A program made the position numbers and the translations under genes. The notes beneath the pieces were generated by a model that was not told where the DNA came from, did no database searches, and was given only the letters and a program-made list of their open reading frames with translations. Shown piece after piece: positions 35,781 to 46,720 of a DNA stretch of 64,000 nt; the first letter of the stretch is position 1; every line of letters begins with the position of its first letter. The stretch is from Guillardia theta CCMP2712 (Eukaryota > Protista > Cryptophyta): contig NW_005434631.1 in NCBI RefSeq assembly GCF_000315625.1, positions 310,001 to 374,000 of the forward strand, read 5' to 3'.

Positions 35781-36831
35781 TCATAGGGATAGAACAGTCC
35801 CCGGTTTCATCTGCCACTGTGAACAGCATCAAAACTACACCCTTCAGTCGCAACAGTTCACCTTTGGATCGAGAGACCAGATGAACTCTTGCAGCCGCTG
35901 GCAATATTCCTGCAGCTCTCTCAGTCGCTGTGGTAGTTGATATGGGCGGACAGGAGGATTGGTAGCAGAAGGGTGGGAGGCGTGTTGACTCACCGTGAAA
36001 TATGAGATTTCAATGTCATTGTGTGCTGCCCCTTTGACCCAGAACGGCCTGCTCCATCCAGGTGAGCAATGCAGGCAACCTCTCTCCACCGTCACGCTCT
36101 CATTCTTGCCTGTGCGGCCTCCTGCTCATCTTGAAAAGCTCCTTGGCATGTTGAAAATCAACCACGTCGTCCCTAGTGCCATGGATCATGAAGACTGGGG
36201 AAACCGATTCAGCGGATGAAGACAGGGGCAAACGGCAAGATCTCTACCTGGGCACTTGATCTTGGGCATCTTTTGAAGGTTGCAGAACGCATCGAAAGCT
36301 GGATACGGATCAGACTTTCGGTTCGGAGCAGGGAAAAGCAGCACCAGTATACTTGACGTCGTACGCCACCCTGATGCAGGAAGTGAAGGCACTTTGCAGT
36401 ATCAGGCCGCCTACTTCCACACGAGATGCGAGCTCGCAAGATGGGCCCGACCCAATGGAGCGGCCGTACAGAACAACCTGAGACGGTAGCAGGTTCTTCT
36501 CTGTCATGAGGTACGCGAATACTGCAGCTATGTCGGCGTAGCAGTCAAGTTCACTCGGCGTTCCCGATGCATGCCCGTATCCCGTGTAGTCATACCCCAC
36601 GACGTTGACGTGGAGGACCTCGCTCAACGTCTTGAGGTGATGGAAGATCAAACCAAGGTCTTCAGCGTTCGCGTGCGAGAAGATGATGGTTAGTTTCGAG
36701 CCTGGCCATGGCACGTATACAAGAGGGATTCGCTGTCCTCTTTGTGTCTTGATCCACGTGATCTCTTTCCATTCTGCATCGTAGGAAGGAGGTGGAGGGA
36801 GGAACGCCAACCTGGCGACTATCCCTCCCAT
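35781..36831 (-). CDS. ABHD17/ABAPT-like alpha/beta hydrolase (depalmitoylase family)
   Basis: MGGIVARLAFLPPPPSY, IIFSHANAEDLG, YDYTGYG, nucleophile GRSIG, IHGTRDDVV, GAAHNDIE. A probable final 45-nt intron gives the end WQMKPGTVLSL*. Confidence 0.92.
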
Positions 36832-37419
36832 CGGGTGGAAAATTCCCTCTCGACCACGTCAGGGTTTAACTCAGACCAGCGGGTATGATCGCATCAGGTA
36901 GTCGGTTCGTCGAGGACTGTCTTTACTATCTCCTCCTCCTCCCGCCATAGAGCTCCCCCGCAGCTTCCCCAGGTCCCTCGCCATTGCTCCGTGCCCTTCA
37001 ACCTTCCCGCCATGGACCGAAATACCCCAAAAATCGGACCGAAATCAAAGGCTTTAGAAATCATGCCCCCCTCCCCTCATCCCCACTCATAAAATGTTTT
37101 AGTTAATTACTTGAGTAATATTGCCGAAAATTTGTGGCCACCATTGCCCGAGTTGAACGTGATGGAGAAAACGAAAATGGAACGAAGAGGAAGGGAGGGA
37201 GAGGGAGAGAGGAGAGAGAGGAGAGAGAGGAGAGAGGGAGAGGGAGAGGGAGAGGGAGATGGGGGGAGAAGGGATGGATTGATGGAAGGATTCGAGGAAG
37301 GTGATGCAGGGAAGAGAAGGCTACATGGTTGGAGAAGCCTGGGAACTGATTCCTTATTTTCACAGAAACCAGCAGTTATGGATGATTCTACCGGAGTGAA
37401 TGGATTGAAGTTATAGACC

Positions 37420-39329
37420 ATGCAAACTGTTGTAAGTGTACGCTTGCTAACGATTTCAGTGTTGTTCTGATTAAGGTCACCTGACCTGGAATCACAGATC
37501 ACATTGTATTGGTTGCAACTCTGTCTTCTGCTGTTCTGCCTCAACTCCTTACAGCCATCTTCAGCATTCATTCGTCTGCCATCACTGAAAAGTTGGCGGA
37601 ATGAATTTGCAACGACGAAACAGGCAGAGAGGCAGGTTGCCATAGTCTCAGTCGCCTTGCGAAGGTTGTTGTTGGTCTTGTTGTCAGTCTGTGTGATGTC
37701 AAGTACTTGGACAGTCCAATATTGCTATCACCAGTCATCTCAGACACACCTTCTTCTTTTCACCGCCATGGAAGGAGCGGCGGTGTGCGGGTGAGCTGCT
37801 AGATACATGCGAGCAGTGCAAGGACTGAGTCTTCCTGTTCTACCAGTTAAGCATGACATGGTCTCTGGATAGAGATGGGATCCCCGAACTGCTCTACAGG
37901 GCAAAGAACGGTGAATGAAGTTATTCATGGTCTTTCCCTGCCTCTTCTGACCTCTCCAACCTCCAGAGACCAAAATCTCCGATGAAATCTTCGCAATGAC
38001 AGGTGAAAGGCACGGGATTGTCAAAGTATGTGATGCAGATGATGTCCGTGAAGAGATTCTTAAGGTAACTTTCCAGGACCTTGGCCTTTACAATGGGACT
38101 CGTCTTGTAATCAAGAACAACGGAAATGTGACATGCTGAAATTGTTGACAACGTGATGTTTATTGAATTTTCAAGGGTCCTGTGCTGAGCTATGGAAAGT
38201 CACTGTTTATCATCCCAGAGAGTTGGCGTGACAGGACGGAAGGGTGAGATAGTTTGTTATGCTGTCATGATCGTTGTTGGTGTCACAATACAACTCTACT
38301 AGAGAAGTGAATCTGCACTCACCAGCTGTTCCTGTTCATGAGCTGTTTCTACATGTGAGAGACTTGAACTTACAGGGTTGTCTGTGTGTCTGTGCGTGCG
38401 TGTCTGTGCTTGTAAAGACAAGTTTGGCAATGTTCACTTTGTGTCGCGACATCTTAACTGCTACGTTCAGATGCTCGCGAGATTATCTGATCAATTGGAT
38501 GGAGAAGGTATACACACCTGTTTATACCTTCTCTCCTCGCCTCCTCATTCGCCCCCTTCATCCACTTGCCCCCAATGCCCAAGACTTGTGCGTGACGTAA
38601 CTTGCAATAGAAAATCTCTTCCTGTCGTTCAGTGCGGATCTCCGGCCTTCCTGCCAAGTATCTTCTTGTTTGCAGTGAGCGCGGCTAAACTTGCCTGCTT
38701 GACAGCCTTGACATCGACGATTTTGCTGAGAGACTGAGGTGAGAAGGGGGCCGGCAGCGGTAAAGAGTAGGCTGATAGCTATCGTTCCTTCAGTAAGGAG
38801 TTTGACATTGGAGATCGAGAGCGTTCCTTGCATGCTGTTCGAAACAATGCTGGGGTATTCACGGTGAGGAGTTTTTCTCCATTTCCTTCCCTCTTGTTTT
38901 CTGTTTTTCTTCTCTTTTCGTTTCTTGCTCTTCTTGCTTCTTCCTTCCTCCTCGTTTTCATATTCTGCTTTCTTGACGGAACGCAGGGGATCCTGCTGGT
39001 AGAGACGAAGGATGCATCTTGTGCCGATCGGCTTTGCGCGTCTCTGGACAAGTAAGGTTCTGTTCGCCGGTGTTGAAAGTAATTCTGTGTTGCCATAGGA
39101 CGTTTGTTCAAGGGCGGATCGTCAACGCCCACAAGCACTATCACTTGTCGAGGAGGAAGACATCGAGAGAGGTCGCTGTGAGTCGAGGGGATGACGAGAC
39201 GGTCAATGACGTGGCGGTCAGAGCGACATGACGGCGTCTGAAAGATTCGGTTCCCTCTTGCAGAAGATCGATGCGGCCCCGGATGATGAAAACATCAGCA
39301 ACAAACTTGTTAGTCAACCTGCGGCTGCT

Positions 39330-39360
<31 letters not shown>

Positions 39361-39421
39361 ATGATGGTGATGACGATGATTGTGATTGTGATGACGATGG
39401 AGATGATGGAAATGATGATCA

Positions 39422-39468
<47 letters not shown>

Positions 39469-40105
39469 AACATATCATGGCAATGCCGACAACGACGATG
39501 TTGATGATGCGATTGTGTAGATCGAACTGGAAGAAGGGTTCAGCATGTTGCGACCGGATGTCTCACGTCGAGGGTTTTTGCTTGACCAATTTCAGTCAAA
39601 CGCACAAGGTCAACTGCAAAACCATCAGCAATCTCTCAGCTCACCCCTTCTGCCAGTCGATCAAATCCTCGACGCTGCTGACGTCTCTGCCAAGACTGTT
39701 TGCAAGGTCCCTTCTCCTTCTCCTTCTCCTTCTCCTTCTCCTTCTCCTTCTCCTTCTCCTTCTCCTCCTCCTCCTCCCCTTCCTTCTCCCTCTTCCCTAC
39801 CTCTTCTCCTCCGTTGCAGGAGCCTCAGAGGCCTAGTCCTTGTCCTTGTCCCTTGCTGTCGCTGCTTTCTTGGGATTGAGGTCTGCTGTGCAGATCATCA
39901 GTGACTTCGGGAAGAGGAAGAACATAGGCAAGGCCATGGCAGGTGAGGGAGGAGGGAGAGAGGGGAGAGGTTCAGGAGCAGGAGGGGAAAAAACAGGCAA
40001 CTGACGGTCTGCAGTGTTCATTTGGATTGAGAGAAGTAAGTTGGATCCGAACCTCTTCCACTTCAACGCCATCATCAGGTCACTTTCTCTTCCTTTGCTG
40101 TTGCT

Positions 40106-40137
<32 letters not shown>

Positions 40138-41789
40138 ATCCTCCGATTTGTCGTCGTCCTCCTCTCTCGTCTCTTCTCTTTCTCTTTCTCTATCTCCGCG
40201 GGATTGCGCTTGTCTTGTTCTGCTTGCATGTCGGCTTTTCGTTTCTTACTTGTTATTCGTCTGCTCTCCAGCGCATGTGAAAAGTCAGGGTACTGGTACA
40301 CTGCGCTCCTCCTCCTCGCCGAAGTCCGCACCAGGTGATTTAGTTGCTGCTGCTGTCTATGTCCTCCCTCGCTACTTCCTGACAGGAAAGTGTAGGAGAA
40401 TTCGACCAGATACCATCACATACAGCACGCTGATCAGGTGAAGGAGGAGGAGGAAGCAGAGATAGGAGGAAGGGAAGAGAGCAGAAGGAGGGAGGGAGGG
40501 AGGGAGGGAGGGAGGAGGGAGGGAGGAGGAAGGGAGGAGGAAGGGAGGAGGGAGGAGGAAGGGATGTTTGATTGAAGGATGTGCAGCGCATGCGGGAAGG
40601 GGAAGCGAAGTGATCTGGCACTGCAGCTCTTTGAGGAAATGAAGAAGAACAGGTACTTGTAAGAAGAGGCGGAAACAAGAGGGGAAGGAGGAGACGTGAA
40701 GATATCTTGCAGTTGTGGTTTTCCTGTTTGCGAGTCAGGAAACGTAGTAAATGGGGCAGATGAATGCAAGGGCAAGCANNNNNNNNNNNNNNNNNNNNNN
40801 NNNNNNNNNNNNNNNNNNNNNNNNNNNNNNNNNNNNNNNNNNNNNNNNNNNNNNNNNNNNNNNNNNNNNNNNNNNNNNAGCACGAGGGGACCGATGCATG
40901 CAAGTGGGAGCAAGCAGAAGCGCGATAATGGGATTGCAGCAACGATCAAGTAGAAAGTGGGGCAGGACAGCAAGGAGGAGGAAGAGAAGGATAGGAAGGA
41001 GGAGGAAGAGAAGGACAGACCGGTCTCACTGTTTGCTTCCCTTGCAGCTTGATGTCAGCATATGCCACAGCCGGCAACATCCACAAGACGCGAGAGGTTT
41101 TTGCTATTCTCTGACCTCCACCTGCTCTTCGTCCTCCTTCGATCCCATCCTCCCCCCCTCTGCTCTCTCGCATGCCCTCCCTCTCCTACCCTCTCATTGT
41201 TTCTTGCAGGTTTTTGACAGTTGCAAGGAGAAATCTCCTGCTCTCCTCCTAGCATTCTACCACGAGCTCATACGATCCTGTCACAACGAGGTCTTGAACC
41301 TCCCCCCTTCGCTCCTCCTCCTCCTCCTCCTCCTGATCTTTGCCCCTTTCTCCCCATCCTCCTCTTCCTCCTCAATTTACGTGGACCTCCTAGTCCATGT
41401 TCTCACTCGCTCACAGGGCGACTACAAAACAGCCATCTCCTACTTAGAACAATTCGAGGTCCAACCACCCTCCCTCCTCCTCTCCCCTCCTCCTCCTCTC
41501 CTCCTCCTCCCTTCCTCCTCCTCCCCTCTTCCCTTACCTTCTCGCTCTGAGTAAGCAGCAGCGAGAGGGCGGCAAACCCATTGAGTACACCTATACTCTT
41601 CTCGCCTCCGTCTGCAACCAGGCTAACCGACCAGATCTAGCCGACAAGGTGCGAACCTGCTGCTGCTGCTGCTCCTCCTCCTCCTCCTCCTTGCGTCTCT
41701 CTCTCTCGCTCGTTCGCTCTCTACTTACGGATCCCTCACAGTATACTTCAATGTCGCAAGAAGTATCCAAGATGAATAATGCGAAATGA
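37420..41789 (+). CDS. Putative plastid-targeted RRM + PPR protein, many exons, spans a gap
   Basis: Signal peptide ...LQLCLLLFCLNSLQPSSA-F. Spliced RRM SVRISGLPANLDIDDFAERL...GILLVETKDASCADRLCASLDKTFVQGRIVNAH (38611-39140). PPRs LFHFNAIISACEKSGYWYTALLLLAEV, TITYSTLISACGKGKRSDLALQLFEEMKK, SLMSAYATAGNIHKTREVF, FYHELIRSCHNEGDYKTAISYL, YTYTLLASVC. The 5' exon chain is less certain. Confidence 0.72.
40779..40878. other. Scaffold gap (100 N) inside the PPR gene
   Basis: Run of exactly 100 N. Confidence 0.99.
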
Positions 41790-41926
41790 AGATTTTGACG
41801 TAGCACAAGCGAAATTTCATAAGGCGAGAACAAACACGCAACAAACCAACATCTCCTCCTCCTCCTCCTCCTCCTCCTTCTCCTCCTTGCTCGCTTGCCT
41901 ACACCACCTCTCGGCTTCACTCCTGT

Positions 41927-44119
41927 TCACAGCTTGAGCGCCTGTATCCTCTCTCTACGGAAGTCACTTCTTCGCATCATCGCCTTCCTCACTTCGTCGG
42001 CCGTCAGCCTCCACATCACACTCGCTCCCCCCGACGTGTCGCCCCACCCGTAGTCGAAGATTTCCTTGGGCTCCCCGAGGTTCAGCACTAGCCCCAGCTG
42101 CGACAGCCGCGTGAACTGATCCCTCACCGTCCTCTGCGTCAGAGTCGAGCAGAAGCCCGTCAGAGCTCGCAGGTCCTTGTCGAACTGCATCGCCCCCATC
42201 GCGCTGAAGCTGCTAGGCTTCTTACCCAGCACGAGGCGCTCGAGGGGGGGGACGACGTGCTGGCTGACGATGGCGAGGACGAGCATGTCGAAGCAGGAGG
42301 AGTTGAGCTCCATGCGGAAGGGCTGCAACGTGCTCTCGAGCGTGGAGATGAGCTCGACGACGGCAGCGCTCTCGCAGAAGACAGCCTCTTGCGTCTCGTA
42401 ATCCGTGCTCTGCAGCAGGTTGATAGCTGGGCTCAGGAATCTGTCCAGCAGGGCTGCGAGGCGTTCGATCGCATCGCTGAGGGACTTCGCAAGGATATGT
42501 CCAGCTGTGGCAAGCTCCGACATGCACTCCCTGGCCTTGTCCTCCTCCTTCCTCATTGCCCCGCGGTAGACTTGCTTGATCTCAGCCTCCAGCTGGTGGT
42601 GCAGTTTCCGGATGTTGTTCGCCGACACCTCGAGGTTGTTGTAGCAGGTCCCGTCGAAGATCTCCGCCACCTGCCTGCGCGACAAGCTCGCCACCTGCTC
42701 GCCTACCGTCGTCCCCGCCAGTAGGTTGGCCAGCCCTCCTGACAGCTGCATCCCTCCCGAGCGATCCGTCGCCGCCAGCATGGCCTCGAGCGCCTCTTTG
42801 TAGGTGGTGACCAGCATGCTGTGGGCGTACATGATGACGTCACCCATGGCGTTGAGGCTGGAGGTCGCCAACGCTCTGCGGGAGCACTTCTTGAGGACGA
42901 AGAAGACCTCGTCGACGAGAGCAGAGACCAGCGTCTCGTCGTCTCGCTCTCTGCTCTTGATCGCCTTCTCAACGGAGTAGCGCATGAACGTCTCCTCCAG
43001 CGCGATGTAGCCGCTGATCAGCTCAGCCTTCTTCACCTCAACGATGGTGACGCGAGGGAGCTCAAAGTGATCGTCGACATGTGGTCGCACTTGCTTGTCC
43101 CCATGCGAGGAGGGAGGAGGCGCTCGCGCCTTGGCCACCATGAACCAGTTGAACTGCTCGATACGCTGCAAGCACAGCGAGATCTCCTCGAGCAGGACGT
43201 CCAGCTCTAGAGCTACCTTCTTCTCCAGCTGCTGCTGGTCTCGATACTTCCTGACGAGCGACGCGATGTTCCTTCGACTGAAGATCAACTCCAGCACCTC
43301 CGCGATGCTCGGAGCCGCCTTCGTGTAGAGGGCAGTCACGAGCTGGGATCGAGCTTGATCCCCGAAGCTCTCCTTCACCACCTGCTCTCCTTCTGTCGTC
43401 GCGCGTGCAACGACGTCAAGGATACTAGTAAGGCACTTGGCAAAGAGCGCGACGTTCCCTCCCGTAGCTCCCAGCGCTAGTACGTTCTTGAGCTGCAGGA
43501 TCTGTTCCTGAGCTCCTGCCTCGACTCTCCTCGCCAGGAACTGCGTGAGGCGCGAGATACCTTCCTCGATCAGCCCGACCTGCCCCATGAGCTTGCAGAA
43601 CCTCACGACTCCCTGCTGGTCGTTGCTCTCCGTCGCTGCCTGACTTCTCTGCCTTACAATCTGCCGGAGCTCTTCTAGCGATCTCTTCAAGCTCTGCAGC
43701 GCCGCTTCCTCGGTCTTGGAGTCCTCGGGCTCCACATGGAGGTACCGCTGGATGGACGTGGCCGCGAGCTCCCAGTTCTCGTTCACCATGGCCGTCGCCA
43801 CATCGTCCACACAAGTTTTCAGGCCCACAATGTCGACAGTTCGCTCCAGGGCCTTCCTCGTGTTCGCCTGCGCTGTGTCCAGGATGCGCACGCTCTCCAC
43901 AACCTGCTGGACGATGTTGCTCGAGTCCTTGAGCCTCCCAGCAAGGTTGTCTGCCTCTGTCCGCAGCTCCGCCACCAGAGGACGCAGGCTCCTTTTGGAC
44001 AGGATCCCACTCTCGATCTCCTCGCCATGGGCCACCAAGTTCTTGAGGCTCGAGGCGGAAAACTCAGCCTTTTCTTGCAGCTCACGCAGCTGCATCTCCA
44101 TAGCAGCGATAGTCGTCAT
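41927..44119 (-). CDS. COG4: Conserved oligomeric Golgi complex subunit 4
   Basis: 730-aa helical ORF: VESVRILDTAQANTRKAL, ENWELAATSIQRYL, VVRFCKLMGQVGLIEEG, YIALEETFMRYSVEKAI, LVDEVFFVLKKCSRRALAT, FSAMGAMQFDKDLRAL, VRDQFTRLSQ, WRLTADEVRKAMMRRSDF. Confidence 0.92.
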   Translation of the reverse strand: MTTIAAMEMQLRELQEKAEFSASSLKNLVAHGEEIESGILSKRSLRPLVAELRTEADNLAGRLKDSSNIVQQVVESVRILDTAQANTRKALERTVDIVGLKTCVDDVATAMVNENWELAATSIQRYLHVEPEDSKTEEAALQSLKRSLEELRQIVRQRSQAATESNDQQGVVRFCKLMGQVGLIEEGISRLTQFLARRVEAGAQEQILQLKNVLALGATGGNVALFAKCLTSILDVVARATTEGEQVVKESFGDQARSQLVTALYTKAAPSIAEVLELIFSRRNIASLVRKYRDQQQLEKKVALELDVLLEEISLCLQRIEQFNWFMVAKARAPPPSSHGDKQVRPHVDDHFELPRVTIVEVKKAELISGYIALEETFMRYSVEKAIKSRERDDETLVSALVDEVFFVLKKCSRRALATSSLNAMGDVIMYAHSMLVTTYKEALEAMLAATDRSGGMQLSGGLANLLAGTTVGEQVASLSRRQVAEIFDGTCYNNLEVSANNIRKLHHQLEAEIKQVYRGAMRKEEDKARECMSELATAGHILAKSLSDAIERLAALLDRFLSPAINLLQSTDYETQEAVFCESAAVVELISTLESTLQPFRMELNSSCFDMLVLAIVSQHVVPPLERLVLGKKPSSFSAMGAMQFDKDLRALTGFCSTLTQRTVRDQFTRLSQLGLVLNLGEPKEIFDYGWGDTSGGASVMWRLTADEVRKAMMRRSDFRRERIQALKL

Positions 44120-44332
44120 GGCGAACTCACAACAGATCGATCACAACAAGCGAAGGACCTCAGCTGTCATGCCACTCGGGATGCAGAAGTTTCAGCCCAA
44201 CGAAGAGATTTGCCTGCATGGCGAGTCAGAAGGGGATCAAGAACCGGCCTGCCAAAAGCGAGTCTAGGAAGGAGATACACAAACGACATCATTTTCCACA
44301 AGTGCTGTTTCTTTTCTGTTCATGTTTGATAC

Positions 44333-44400
44333 ATGGCTGTTTCTACATCTACCTTTGACAAATGGCTGTTTCTACATCTACCTCTCACAAATGGCTGTTT
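44333..44400. repeat. 29-bp tandem repeat (2.3 copies) in the divergent COG4/JMJD5 intergenic region
   Basis: ATGGCTGTTTCTACATCTACCT(TTG/CTC)ACAA x2 plus ATGGCTGTTT. Confidence 0.9.
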
Positions 44401-44787
44401 CAAGCTTTAAAGGATGAAGGAGAATCCAATGAAGATACTTCCCTCCATCTTATGTCTATCCCTCTGACTTTGCTCTCTCACTCTTCTTCCTGGATTCTTC
44501 TTTCTCTCGGTCTACCTCCTGTCTCTCATCTTCCTCTTCTCCTCCTCCTCTCCCTCCCTCCCTCCCTCCCTCCCTCCTCCTCTTCTCTTCTCTCCCCCTC
44601 CCTCTCCATGTCACCGCCAGCAGCTCCAGCGAGGCGAAGAAAACCGAGAAAGAGGGCGATGATCTCAGCGATGGGATGAGGGTGATGATATGTGCTGGAT
44701 GAGGGGCAGTACTGGTGTGAGCGGGGACGAGGTCCACACTTTGCCGGCATGCGGGGTTGGGGGCGGATCGGGGAGCTTGGGAGGAAG

Positions 44788-46668
44788 ATGGCAGGAACGA
44801 GTAGCGAGATCAGGGAGAGCAGAGGAGAGGAGGAGGGAGACCAAGAAGCAGCGGCGCGGGTGGCCGATGGGCTTGACAGGCTGATGAAGCTCATGGAGGA
44901 CGAGGGGAGGGAGCAGGTGCAGGAAATGGCCGAGGACGTCAGGAGGGAATGTTGGGAGAAGCTGGAGAATGGCGGGGGATGGCCGAATGTGGGGTGGAGG
45001 GAGGCTTACGTCTTTGCACTGCTCGTCCTCGCGGACACTTGCATGCACAAGTACAAGCGAGCTGGGCAGGAGGAGAAGGACGGAAGCCTTCCGCGAGCAG
45101 CTCTCCAGCATTTGGACTTCGCGCTGATCATGGGAGGCAACAACGTCTACTCCATAGCTAACGACATGATCAACAAGATCGAGAGCGATGAGAGCGTCAG
45201 CCTTAAGAGCTCTGCGCAACCAGCAAGTGAAGAGGAGGAAGGACACTGTTTCGTGCAGGAAACGCTCCCCAGGCATGCCCCGCAGATTCAGGAGGAGAGA
45301 GCAGTGAAGAGGGTGGCGAGCATCTCGGTCAAAGACTTTAAGCAAGAGTTCTTCAAGAAGGATCTCCCCGTCATCATCACCGGCGTCATGGATGGTTGGC
45401 CCGCCTTGAGGTTGTGGAGAGACCTGAGGTATCTCAGAGACAAGTTTGGCCATCGAACTGTCCCGGTGCGGGCATGCCTCCCCTCCTCCCCTCCTCCCCT
45501 CCTCCCCTCCTCCCTCCTCCCTCCTCCCTCCTCCCTCCTCCCCTCCTCCCCTCCTCCCCTCCTCCCCTCCTCCCCTCCCCTCCCCTCCTCCCCTCCCCTC
45601 CTCCTCCCCTCCTCCCCTGCCAGAAGAGTGACCCGCTGCAGGTCGAGCTTGGAAGGATAGCAGGAGGACAGAAGCTGGACGGGTGGCGAGAGGAGGCGAT
45701 GCTCATGGAGAGGCTGATTAGCGAGTACCTGATCCCCTCCAACATTGCCTGTCTCAAGGAGCAGTCGATGGACGACAAGGACGTGGCGTACCTTGCTCAG
45801 CATGCTCTCTTCGATCAGGTGACTTGCCAGCCGTTGCTCCCCTCCTCTCCCAGCTGGGGCCTCAGCACAAGCCCGGCACAAGACTGACATGCCTGGTGCA
45901 GCTCACACAGCTCCAGAAGGACTTCGAGGTGCCGGAATACTGCGAGTGCGGGGCAGTGGAGGGGATGAACGCGTGGCTGGGGACAGCAGGGACTGTGACG
46001 CCGCTGCATCACGACTCGGCAGACAACATTCTTGCTCAAGCCGTGGGATACAAATACAGTGAGGAGAGGAGACGCAAGGAGGGGAGGGAGAGGGGGAAGC
46101 ATTGCCGGGATGGAAGGAGATGAGAGGAGGAGGAGTCGATGATGACATTCATATATTGATCAGTTCGCTTGTACCACCCACAAGAGACTCGAAATCTCTA
46201 CGTCAACAAGTCAGGGAGGCAATCCCGTAGCTAGCACTGTATGTGAACTGAAGACTCTCGACAGGGGAGATAGCATTGGCTTGCAAGGCAACATAAGTCC
46301 CGTGAGTTCTTGTTCTCCTGTTGATTCTCTTCCTCGCCTCGTCCACTCCCTCCTCCTCTGCCCCTTACGCCTCAAGTTGCTTTGACTGTCCCCGGGCAGG
46401 TCAACTGCGAATTTCCGGATTTCGATCGCTTCCCGCTCCTGCAGCAGGCGAACTACGAAGAGGCTATCTTGAGACCTGGTGAAGGAAAACGGGAAGGAGG
46501 GAGGGAGAGAGTTGGATGGGATCGGAGGAAAGGAGGAGGGAGAGGGGCCGTCGAGTCTGATCGCTGAGCCTGACGGCGTTGGCAGGGGACATGCTGTTCA
46601 TCCCCTCGAAGCACTGGCACTACGTGCGGTCTCTGACGCCGTCCTTCTCCGTCAACTTCTGGTTCTAG
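44788..46668 (+). CDS. JMJD5: JmjC-domain 2-oxoglutarate oxygenase, JMJD5/KDM8-like
   Basis: [77 protein letters not shown] (HxD), [24 protein letters not shown]. Confidence 0.92.
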
Positions 46669-46720
46669 ACGAGCAGAGAGAAGGAGGAGGACAAGGACGA
46701 GGAGGAGGGCAACTGAAAAC

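Noticed and set aside
35844-35861. C-terminal NCCD lipidation motif on the ABHD17-like protein
   Set aside because: Lies in a probable 45-nt GT-AG intron; the spliced end is WQMKPGTVLSL.
39141-39904. ORFs with poly-D/M/L/RP tracts (also poly-G/P/E ORFs at 11.7, 12.3, 13.3, 45.3 kb)
   Set aside because: Translations of intronic microsatellites.
41927-44119. Intronless COG4 as a retrocopy or horizontal transfer
   Set aside because: No poly-A or target-site duplication; other long exons exist in the window; it is a core eukaryotic gene.
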